DNA of 32,000 nt from Lysobacteraceae bacterium (GCA_023657465.1 JAGTJX010000004.1:18053-50052); one strand, 5' to 3'; counted from the stretch's first letter, positions 16,356-24,101 are shown. Notes: generated from the sequence alone by a model not told the origin. A program made the numbers and translations.

Positions 16356-18616
16356 CCAGCCGCCTTGTAGAGAGCTGTATTCTCTCCGAACATTCTCTCA
16401 TTGGTTTCAATGAGATTAATGTGTCCATCTGTTGCCATGACTTTAATTCGGTTGAGTGCTTTTCGCTCAACCGCCATGTAGGCTTCTCTGTTTGGTGCTG
16501 GGAAGTTTGCTAGCTCTTCTTGTAATTCTTCTACTAAGTTAGTGGGTGCTTTTGAGAATACAACTCCACGAATTTCGTCGCTTGTACCGCGCAAGAAGGT
16601 AAGGAGCTCTTCGTGTTTGAGAGAAAGTACAAGATCAAGTAATTGATTGTCTTGCAAGTACTTGAGAGTCTCAAGACTGACTAACTTACTCTTAATAGTA
16701 CGAACACTATCAGGATTCACTGATCCTAGTGAGTGAACGACAGACTTCTGAGTTTCAGAATTAGACTTCTCAAGAAGAGTCACTAGCACATCTGACCCTG
16801 GTAATGCCTCTGTATTGAGTCTTGGATTTTCCACACGTTTACGTTTCAACGCGCTTGAGACGTTGTGAATATAATCTCTTGGTAAGTGGTCGATCCGTGT
16901 GAGTTCGGTTAATAGCTTCATTTTCACATCTTCTTCAAGATGTTGATAGATAGCGTTTCGTCTTTGGTGATCGACTTGAGTGAGAACGACAGCCTTTACT
17001 GTGAGAGATTCATTTCTTACGAGTTCAACAACTTGGAGTGCGTCCATTTCGACTAAGAAGTCGAAAAGACTTGAAGCCCGTGAACCCATAACGACCATCT
17101 TAGCTGCGACGGTTCTGTTATGAAGGTGTCTTAAGAGTTCAAGAGCGTCATCGTCTGCAATCTCTGTAGGGTTCTTAGCGTAATACTCCATGAGTTCTTG
17201 TAGATCTCCTTGAAGAGAAGGGTCTTTCAGCATGTCGATGACTACGCTTTCACCAAACATATGAATGTATTGTGCTGTGATTTCCATTCCTTCTTCTGTC
17301 AGGATTCTACTAAATACGTGTTTAGCGACTTTTGGCTGTTCGGCAAAAATCGTTGATAGCTCTTCTTTAAGCCGCTCGATTTCGTATCGCTTTGCAATAA
17401 TTGCTCCCTTGTCAGACCCACTACCAGAGTCTCCACCTGACTTGTATGTTGAGGGTGCGCTTGTAGATACTGGATCAGAAGTAAGGGATTGAAATATTCT
17501 GGAGACTCCAGATTTAGATTCACTACGAGAACCTCTAGCGCCAGCTATTGCGATGAAGATAAGAAGTAAAAGAATGGCGCAGCTGAAAATGAGCCCATAG
17601 ACTTTGAACTTTTGTAGTTCAGATTGAACTGCATCGCCATTTTCTACTCGTTCAATCTTTTCAAAACGTTCAAAACGTTCTTGTCTAGCAGTGTTGTGAT
17701 GTTCGTTTGAATTCTTGAATTCAGTATTGCTTGTTTTCTTATCTTCTGTTGAAGCAAATTTTCTATCTGTGTTCTCAGAGTTATTATTGGTAGTGTCGTT
17801 TTTGCTACTTGAACTAGAAGAATTATATCCGTTTGGATCCATGAGTGAACCAATCGACACGCCAGAGCTGGTCTTAGGGAACTTCATTACCTTAGACTTC
17901 ACATCTGCGTACTTCAGAAAGTTTGTTTTGAGTTTTGCCATCTCAATGATGTTGCGTTGCTCTTCGCCTGCAAGTACATCATTCATGAGTAGGGTACTAG
18001 AAACACGGTTGACCTTAATTGCGAAATCGCCATCTTGGAAAAACTCACCTGGAGAAGCGTATTGAGCTTCTTCAGTGTTGACTGGTTCGGCATTGATCTC
18101 GAAGTCAGCCATAATACAATTCTCAGGACAGACTTGTCCAATTAGCTCGTTCACGGCTTCTTTATATTGTCTAGAAACTCTCTCCCGTAGTTCTGCAAAC
18201 TTGCGAGCCGATGTTGCAGGTTGTGGAAACTTAGCGCTGGTCGTATCGATTCCTACTAAGTAGTTGAGACCTTCTAAGTTCTTCTTCATGAGATTGATGA
18301 AGTTATCTCGGGTTCCATTACCCAACATCGTATCGACTAAAATTTTTACTTTTGCTGATGCTGGTTTAAGATCAATTTCGTTAGAAAGAGTACGATCAGA
18401 GAATCCTGGAAGGAATTCGTCTGGTGTGGCCACTTCAACTTCAGCGTCTACTCCTAATAGCTTACATTGGTCAGGACAATATTTTGTGAGGAGTGGATCG
18501 ATGATTGCTCGAATGTCCGATTCAGACTTGCGCTTCACTTCTTCTACTGCACTGACTCTTTTTGCGTGCGACTCATTAGCACTGAATAGTATCGCTACAA
18601 ATAAAATAAACCTCAT
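16352..18616 (-). CDS. Membrane protein combining two FliF/EscJ-like ring-building-motif repeats (periplasmic), one TM helix and a FliG-like middle plus C-terminal region (cytoplasmic)
   Basis: Signal peptide is MRFILFVAILFSANESHA. Two alpha-beta-beta-alpha-beta-like repeats each carry a CPxxC (CPDQC, CPENC). An S/N/T-rich linker follows, then the TM segment VYGLIFSCAILLLLIFIAIAGA. The cytoplasmic part aligns by eye to FliG: FDFLVEMDALQVVELVRNE...LTQVDHQRRNAIYQHLEEDVKMKLLTELTRID, and LVSLETLKYLQDNQLLDLVLSLKHEELLTFLRGTSDEIRGVVFSKAP. Confidence 0.7.
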   Translation of the reverse strand: MRFILFVAILFSANESHAKRVSAVEEVKRKSESDIRAIIDPLLTKYCPDQCKLLGVDAEVEVATPDEFLPGFSDRTLSNEIDLKPASAKVKILVDTMLGNGTRDNFINLMKKNLEGLNYLVGIDTTSAKFPQPATSARKFAELRERVSRQYKEAVNELIGQVCPENCIMADFEINAEPVNTEEAQYASPGEFFQDGDFAIKVNRVSSTLLMNDVLAGEEQRNIIEMAKLKTNFLKYADVKSKVMKFPKTSSGVSIGSLMDPNGYNSSSSSSKNDTTNNNSENTDRKFASTEDKKTSNTEFKNSNEHHNTARQERFERFEKIERVENGDAVQSELQKFKVYGLIFSCAILLLLIFIAIAGARGSRSESKSGVSRIFQSLTSDPVSTSAPSTYKSGGDSGSGSDKGAIIAKRYEIERLKEELSTIFAEQPKVAKHVFSRILTEEGMEITAQYIHMFGESVVIDMLKDPSLQGDLQELMEYYAKNPTEIADDDALELLRHLHNRTVAAKMVVMGSRASSLFDFLVEMDALQVVELVRNESLTVKAVVLTQVDHQRRNAIYQHLEEDVKMKLLTELTRIDHLPRDYIHNVSSALKRKRVENPRLNTEALPGSDVLVTLLEKSNSETQKSVVHSLGSVNPDSVRTIKSKLVSLETLKYLQDNQLLDLVLSLKHEELLTFLRGTSDEIRGVVFSKAPTNLVEELQEELANFPAPNREAYMAVERKALNRIKVMATDGHINLIETNERMFGENTALYKAAG

Positions 18617-19335
18617 GGCGATGCTAACTTCCGTGATTGAACATATTTTTGTCTGTCGACAAATTTCTTTAATCCTATATTACTTGGATTAAACTCAAGG
18701 GCTTGGCCCCATGCCTTGATTGCTAAGTCTTGATAGCCTAACTTCTGAAGCACAGTCCCTCGCATTTCATAAAGTTTAGGATTGGTAGGATATTGTCTGA
18801 TCATTGGATCTACTTCAAGAAGCGCTGCTTCGAATCTACCCATGTTGTAGAGCTGTTTTACTTTATCAATCTTAGCAAGATAGCTACCATCAGAATCTGG
18901 TGTTTCATCTTGAGTAGGAGCAAGACCTAAGCCATTTTCAATTTCACGTCTTTTCCATTCATCGTTTGGATTACCTTTTGGAAAAGTTTGTTCAATCTCT
19001 CTATCTGCGATGGTTGGCTTTCTCTCATCATAGGTATAGTCGTACTGAGTATTCGATGCGACATTTCTTCCGCTGCTATTCATTTCATTAAAATCAGGAT
19101 TCATTGGCATAATAACATCGGTGATGTCTTTATCGGATTCTGGGATTTCGACTTCAATTGATCGATCGCCTTTTTTAGTTCTGAAAATCATTGGAGATTT
19201 AGATGCTTTAGCTGCGTTGTAGAAATCACCAAACGGGTTTTCAATAGGCTGAGCGCTTTCTTCTTTAGTTGAGAAAGCAGAACATCCAATCATGGTTGTC
19301 ATGAGCAATATGCTAAATATATTTTTCAAACTCAT
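18613..19335 (-). CDS. TPR-repeat lipoprotein
   Basis: Lipobox-like LMTTMIGC follows a signal sequence. C-terminal TPR-like repeats are present (GRFEAALLEVDPMIRQYPTNPKLYEMRGTVLQKLGYQDLAIKAWGQALEFNPSN). An ATGA overlap links it to the downstream gene. Confidence 0.7.
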   Translation of the reverse strand: MSLKNIFSILLMTTMIGCSAFSTKEESAQPIENPFGDFYNAAKASKSPMIFRTKKGDRSIEVEIPESDKDITDVIMPMNPDFNEMNSSGRNVASNTQYDYTYDERKPTIADREIEQTFPKGNPNDEWKRREIENGLGLAPTQDETPDSDGSYLAKIDKVKQLYNMGRFEAALLEVDPMIRQYPTNPKLYEMRGTVLQKLGYQDLAIKAWGQALEFNPSNIGLKKFVDRQKYVQSRKLASP

Positions 19336-19353
19336 TTAACCCTAGCCTCCGAT

Positions 19354-20517
19354 TCAAAACATTGCGCTTACGCCAAGACCGATTTCGATACCCGAAACAC
19401 TTCCTGCGCTTGTTCCACTCAGGAACGCTGTAGCAGGTGGTCTGTAGCCTAAGCTCACTGGAACTGCCCAGTGCTTACCAAAACGCCATTCATAGCCAAT
19501 GCGACCAATTGCACCTAAGAATCCAGATGCATAAGTGCCGCCAGCTGCGATAAAAAGACTGTTTCTAGCCTTGTTATAGCTTTCAATTTCTCCCCAGAGA
19601 TTCCACGCATGAACGAAAAGGAGTGTGAGGTTGAAGCCAGAGTAGAGATTGACTGTACCTGCAGTAGGAGTCACACCCATTAGCGTGTTAACGTCCATCA
19701 TGTAGTTCATTTCAAAACCGACTTCCTTCTTGCGATTGTCGTAACGTTCTACCATTCTAAATGCGAATCCAAGAACGCTTGAATAAGTTCCTACGTTTGC
19801 TTGATAGAAGTAATAGAGAGTTGGGCGATACATCACAGTAGGCGCGAATTCGATTTGATCCGTTTTAGGATTGATCTGATTGAAATCAACTCCACGACGG
19901 AATGCAGTGGCACGGGAAGTTTCAGAGTTATAACTCTTAGACCATGCAACAGTGCCTGTTTCGGCGTCTACTATATAGAAAGAAATGAGCATTCCAGAGG
20001 GTTGATAAGAAAATGCAATGTCCATGAAGTTTTCAATTCCAGACATTTTTGCAATTCTCGCTAATTGTACAGAGTTTCCATCAGTATTACTGATCACAAC
20101 ATTATCACCAAAAATATTTGCACTTTTTGCCTTACAAGGAAGACATTGAATCATTCTGGTTTTTGAGTTTCTGACAATTTTTTCACTGGTGACTAATTCT
20201 AAGTGCTGTCTGAATGACGGCGGTACGTTCTCACTGACTCCGATGTTTCGGATAGTGAGATTCTTCAGTCCTGAGACTTGTCCGTTTTTTACGTCGTACT
20301 CGAAGTCTGCAATCGTCTCTTCTAAGACTTGGTAGAAACTTCTAAATTTTTTGTCTTTATCTTTTTCCAAACCTAGCTTCGAACCAGTGGTTTCTGGAGC
20401 AGTGTCTTTTTGTAAACTCACGTTAGGCTCCGTCTCGTCAGATTTTGGTGCTACCTGTGCGTAGAGATATCCTGAAGTGATTAAGGCGATAAGCAAAATC
20501 AATAGATGCGAGCGCAC
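19354..20517 (-). CDS. Outer-membrane beta-barrel protein candidate (first gene of the operon)
   Basis: GTG start is preceded by AAGGAG. Signal peptide is MRSHLLILLIALITSGYLYAQ. The C-terminal half shows alternating hydrophobic and aromatic residues. The protein ends in Phe (GLGVSAMF), as is typical of OMPs. Confidence 0.55.
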   Translation of the reverse strand: MRSHLLILLIALITSGYLYAQVAPKSDETEPNVSLQKDTAPETTGSKLGLEKDKDKKFRSFYQVLEETIADFEYDVKNGQVSGLKNLTIRNIGVSENVPPSFRQHLELVTSEKIVRNSKTRMIQCLPCKAKSANIFGDNVVISNTDGNSVQLARIAKMSGIENFMDIAFSYQPSGMLISFYIVDAETGTVAWSKSYNSETSRATAFRRGVDFNQINPKTDQIEFAPTVMYRPTLYYFYQANVGTYSSVLGFAFRMVERYDNRKKEVGFEMNYMMDVNTLMGVTPTAGTVNLYSGFNLTLLFVHAWNLWGEIESYNKARNSLFIAAGGTYASGFLGAIGRIGYEWRFGKHWAVPVSLGYRPPATAFLSGTSAGSVSGIEIGLGVSAMF

Positions 20518-20844
20518 AAAGATTGTGCTCCTTCCTCAGATATCTCTTCGGACACAGGAGCTTGTGCTTAAGGACAAAGTAATTAATCTTGGGATTTAGT
20601 TAGTATTAGGTTGAAAATCGACATTTTTTTGTCAGTTCAGTGTGATTTACGTTTCTATTAAAAGTTAGAAGGAACAAGCGATGATCTGTATTCCTTAATA
20701 GAAAACGGCCTCAAAAATTGGAACGTTATTTAATAGAGATAGAAGGAGCCTGAATTTCTAGGCTCATTTTGAGAGTAGTGACTATATTTTACTCAAATAC
20801 ACATAATGGCAAAATCTACATCCCGGAAATAAGTAAATTCTAAG

Positions 20845-21042
20845 GTGAATTGTTTGAAAGATACGATTGTTAAGATGTTTCGTTCTTCATTCAAAAAGGT
20901 CGATAAAAAGTATATGGGAGTTCATTTGGTCATTCGCAATTTTCTTTATTGGATAACAGGTAATTCAGATAAACGTTTTTATGATATCTTTAATACAAAC
21001 AAGATAAAATTCAAATCTATAGATTCTGAAGAAAGCTTATGA
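20845..21042 (+). CDS. Hypothetical small protein (AT-rich ORF)
   Basis: 65 codons with a GTG start. An ATGA overlap with the next ORF is the only support. No homology was recognised. Confidence 0.3.
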   Translation: MNCLKDTIVKMFRSSFKKVDKKYMGVHLVIRNFLYWITGNSDKRFYDIFNTNKIKFKSIDSEESL

Positions 21043-21281
21043 TTTTTATAAGCCAACAAAAATTCACTACATTAACCAATGCAATGCTCCTTGTATTTTG
21101 TATTAGTTTTACTGGGATATTCGTACCCATAATTTCTTATTTCATGCAAAAAAAATGGTTTCCCTCAAAATACTCAAATTTGAATGCAGGTCTTCGAACA
21201 GAAGCAATACTAGTAGAATCCACAAGTAATAAGCGAGCAGTTGCAAGCCAGGTGAAACAACCTAAAAAAGTCCGGCGTTAA
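21039..21281 (+). CDS. Hypothetical membrane-anchored protein, possibly frameshifted at an A6 tract
   Basis: One predicted TM segment (AMLLVFCISFTGIFVPIISYF). After the A6 run at 21265-21270 the -1 frame stays open to 21463. Confidence 0.35.
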   Translation: MIFISQQKFTTLTNAMLLVFCISFTGIFVPIISYFMQKKWFPSKYSNLNAGLRTEAILVESTSNKRAVASQVKQPKKVRR

Positions 21282-21467
21282 GTCGGCCGATAATCAATAA
21301 GAATATTGCTACATCTCCAGCTAAGGAAGATTCCAAAGCTGAAAACCTTGCCGAAGCAGAAGCTCAAATAGCAGAAATCAAAACCGATCCTGAGTTTGAG
21401 CAGCTGTTTGGAGGCAATAGTGATTGGTTTTACAGAAGCTTTAGTTTTTGGAAAAATACTTGATGCA

Positions 21468-21511
21468 TTATTTGCAATTAATATTTGTTGGGTTATTTGC
21501 AATTAATATTT
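21468..21511. repeat. Tandem direct repeat, 2 copies of TTATTTGCAATTAATATTT with 25-bp period
   Basis: Copies at 21468-21486 and 21493-21511 are identical over 19 bp. Confidence 0.9.
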
Positions 21512-21671
21512 TTATCAAAATGAAATTCTGTAACTAGATTTTGTTCTTTTGATGCTACCTCAGCTAACCAACTCATCGTCTGGCACGCTTTGAAGAAGTG
21601 TCTCAATGGCATCCGCCTTTTCCTGGGTCACAAGAAAAAGCTTTCTCTTAGTTTCACTTTTAATCGCAACC

Positions 21672-21942
21672 TCAATAAGGCGCGTTTTCACGACTACCGA
21701 CATAAGTTACCTCCACTATTTTAACTTCGTTATTCACTACTTCCCAAACAGCAACATAGCTATAATTCAAATGGCAGTGATGAGTTCCATCAGTAAGTTT
21801 TGGATAGTTAGGTCAATTCACAGCGAACTGGACCGTTTGCCATGATATTGGCGATCAGGATCTGAAGTAATTCCCGAACATTTTTGGGCAGTTTACTTGG
21901 ACCTTTTACAGCCTTTTTCTTGGTTTTAACTGTCCAGGTCAA
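21672..21942 (-). pseudogene. Decayed RelE/ParE-superfamily-like toxin gene (1-nt frameshift plus in-frame TGA)
   Basis: Two frames read TWTVKTKKKAVKGPSKLPKNVRELLQILIANIMANGPVR and then N*PNYPKLTDGTHHCHLNYSYVAVWEVVNNEVKIVEVTYVGSRENAPY. The span is 271 nt, which is not a multiple of 3. A TGA sits where Trp is expected. Family assignment is by eye. Confidence 0.5.
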
Positions 21943-21961
21943 CTTTATTTCTAGTAAAAAA

Positions 21962-22141
21962 CTAAGCTCTCTTTTTACCAGGAGGGGAAGCCAATATTTT
22001 TTTAGCTTCCTCTAAATCCACCAGCTGATCAGTAACGTAGCGATGAATCACTGAGCCCACTAAGGTTTGGTAGGGAAGTCCATGCTTGAGCGCTAGCTTC
22101 TGTAACTTGAGCAAGTCCTCTTCTGGCAAACGAATGTTCAT
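21962..22141 (-). CDS. Ribbon-helix-helix (CopG/BrnA-like) antitoxin, 59 aa
   Basis: This ORF is below the track threshold. It reads MNIRLPEEDLLKLQKLALKHGLPYQTLVGSVIHRYVTDQLVDLEEAKKILASPPGKKRA. The LPxxxL...G.PYQTL pattern is typical of RHH antitoxins. It lies directly upstream of the toxin remnant. Confidence 0.6.
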   Translation of the reverse strand: MNIRLPEEDLLKLQKLALKHGLPYQTLVGSVIHRYVTDQLVDLEEAKKILASPPGKKRA

Positions 22142-22342
22142 ACGTTCAGATTTTGAGCTCTTAGAAGACCGAACTATTAGATTTGCTCGTTAAATCGAAG
22201 AGTTTTGATCCGAGCATTGCTTGGAAAACATTGGATGAATGAGAGCCGTACATATTTCGCTAAAAGCGAAGGATAGGCCATTCTCATTTAGTGAAACTGA
22301 CTCTTATTTCGTTTTTAGCGAAACATAGTGAAAAGGAAGTGT

Positions 22343-23044
22343 ATGAATAGAAATTTTTTATTGGTTTTAATGAGCATCACAGCATCTGCCTTCGCTCAAG
22401 AGCCATTCAATGCTTTATCTAGTTATAATAACGAGACTCATCCCATTTTACTTACAATTGAATTGCAAGAGACTAAGTCTTGGAAAGAAACAAACTCAAC
22501 AACTATAGCAAATATTTATGCTGATGAATCTGAGGAAGAGGTGGCACATAAATTACTTTTTCATAAGAAACATAATTTAATTGAAAATAAACTTTCTAAG
22601 TATCCTGTTTATGAAAGTATTAAGTCCATAATGGTGAATGCTAGAGAAGAAATTTATAGAACAATGCCTCAATCAATCACGAGAAAGACAATTTCAGAAC
22701 ATGGAACTGAATACCCAGTAATTATTGCTGATTTCAACCTTTTAGAAAATAAAGTGAGACTTTATTTATCAAGCAGCTCTAACTACAACGTAGAATTTGA
22801 TAGAATGTTACAAATTAGAAGAGATCGAATGAATGTTCTTGCTGGAACTAACTTCAGAATGGCACCTCCCACTCCAGGCGTTCCTCCGATTGAAAAAATT
22901 AATTTAAACGAAACACTAACTACTGAAGATAAAACTAAAATCACTAAACAATTAATAGATGCTATTCATTCTGCTTTTTCAATTACTATCAATACTTTTG
23001 AGTTTAATGAAAAATTGAGAACTACCATTGATTTGTTTAGTTAA
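22343..23044 (+). CDS. Secreted hypothetical protein
   Basis: I moved the start to ATG 22343, which follows AGGAAG. Signal peptide is MNRNFLLVLMSITASAFAQE. No homology was recognised. Confidence 0.6.
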   Translation: MNRNFLLVLMSITASAFAQEPFNALSSYNNETHPILLTIELQETKSWKETNSTTIANIYADESEEEVAHKLLFHKKHNLIENKLSKYPVYESIKSIMVNAREEIYRTMPQSITRKTISEHGTEYPVIIADFNLLENKVRLYLSSSSNYNVEFDRMLQIRRDRMNVLAGTNFRMAPPTPGVPPIEKINLNETLTTEDKTKITKQLIDAIHSAFSITINTFEFNEKLRTTIDLFS

Positions 23045-23266
23045 AAAATACTTAACCCTGATCACTAGCTCGCTTGATGCGTACTAAAGTAAAAGATTAA
23101 AATCACAAAAACGGGCCAAACAGAGCAGAGTGAGCGGGAAACAACGAAGTTGTTTCGTGCGATGCTCCAAATCTTGAGAGCTCCAGGTTTAAGCTGTACC
23201 CCTTCTAACCAAGAAGCACTGCAGCTACAGAACCCCTTCTGAAATAGCATTGACAGATGAACATTA

Positions 23267-23295
23267 GATTGTTACACAGCGATTAGATTTTAAAT
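23267..23295 (+). repeat. 29-bp conserved upstream element, copy 1 (GATTGTTACACAGCGATTAGATTTTAAAT)
   Basis: Identical to 23642-23670. It contains a possible TTGTTA -35 and an A/T-rich -10. It lies about 31 nt upstream of ATG 23326. Confidence 0.85.
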
Positions 23296-23325
23296 ATTAA
23301 ACAGATAACTGAAGGGGAAAACTCA

Positions 23326-23616
23326 ATGAAAAATATATTTTTTGGAATGCTCGCTCTCGCTAGTTCAACTCAAGCGTTCGCCGCTTGGCCTGAAACACAG
23401 TTGTTTTGTAAAAACGGAAAACTCTACGGAATCATCTATAACAATGATCCATTTATTGTTACGGAGTTTACCAATCAGAAAGAGTGTTCAAACAGCTTCG
23501 TGAATAGAAAATATTGCAAGGAAGCCAACATGCACGTCGTCTATGTCAAAGATGATCAAGCAGTAGAACACTATGCTACTCAAGACGAATGTCGCGAGGC
23601 TATTGGTAAAAATTAA
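23326..23616 (+). CDS. Small secreted Cys-containing protein
   Basis: Signal peptide is MKNIFFGMLALASSTQAFA. The mature part of 77 aa has 4 Cys. No homology was recognised. Confidence 0.6.
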   Translation: MKNIFFGMLALASSTQAFAAWPETQLFCKNGKLYGIIYNNDPFIVTEFTNQKECSNSFVNRKYCKEANMHVVYVKDDQAVEHYATQDECREAIGKN

Positions 23617-23641
23617 CCTATAGAGATATAAAAGAACGTAG

Positions 23642-23670
23642 GATTGTTACACAGCGATTAGATTTTAAAT
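23642..23670 (+). repeat. 29-bp conserved upstream element, copy 2
   Basis: Identical to 23267-23295. It lies about 24 nt upstream of ATG 23694. Confidence 0.85.
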
Positions 23671-23693
23671 TATTGGTTTTAGGAGTACTGAAT

Positions 23694-24098
23694 ATGAAAA
23701 ATATCCTGTCGATAATTTTATTTTTATCAAGCCTGAGTGCTTTTGCCTATGAGTACCCTGCTGCAAAAAGAGATCGTCCAATTATCGAAAAAGCCTTGAA
23801 TATGTACGACATTTCATTTGATGAACTCAAGTTCCCTTTAAAACGTCAGATTTTTACAGGAACCATGACTGCTTTAACTAAAATTCCAGAACTTGTTTCA
23901 TTTTTGACTGGTCTAGGCGATCAGCATTTCGTCACTCTCCATGTTATTGAAGGAAAGTTTAATCATGAGCAAAAGACATGCATCGCATATGTGCAGTTGA
24001 ACTTTGATAATACTCAAGAAGTTGAAATTGCAAATTGTGGCACTCATTACACTGACTTTTTCAGTTCCAAAAGATTAGTTCCACTCACTAGACCCTGA
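23694..24098 (+). CDS. Small secreted hypothetical protein
   Basis: I moved the start to ATG 23694, which follows AGGAG. Signal peptide is MKNILSIILFLSSLSAFA. Confidence 0.6.
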   Translation: MKNILSIILFLSSLSAFAYEYPAAKRDRPIIEKALNMYDISFDELKFPLKRQIFTGTMTALTKIPELVSFLTGLGDQHFVTLHVIEGKFNHEQKTCIAYVQLNFDNTQEVEIANCGTHYTDFFSSKRLVPLTRP

Positions 24099-24101
24099 TT
24101 A

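Noticed and set aside
16288-18692. Track ORFs overlapping the FliG-like gene (16288..16470, 17265..17492, 17299..17523, 17644..17853, 17715..18065, 18075..18263, 18264..18692)
   Set aside because: All are nested in or antisense to the 754-codon frame, which has coherent domain structure. None has independent start signals.
13886-20517. Zorya-type (ZorAB) anti-phage system or a canonical flagellar stator locus
   Set aside because: - MotA here is of ordinary size (261 aa) and lacks the long ZorA tail.
- No ZorC/D-like genes are present.
- No fliM/fliN/flh/flg genes are present either, so the locus fits neither known class.
21560-21703. 47-codon ORF (MSVVVKTRLIEVAIK...) with an apparent GGAGG Shine-Dalgarno
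   Set aside because: The GGAGG is the VEV codon string of the toxin pseudogene's conserved C-terminus, and the ATG lies inside its YVGSRENAPY frame. It is most likely a by-product, although expression cannot be excluded.
23065-23250. ORF 23065..23250 (-), and the GAAACAAC-gaa-GTTGTTTC hairpin at 23137-23155
   Set aside because: The ORF has no SD and a Cys/Ser-rich, implausible translation. The hairpin lacks a T-tail on either strand. The segment looks like a gene remnant, but I cannot assign it.
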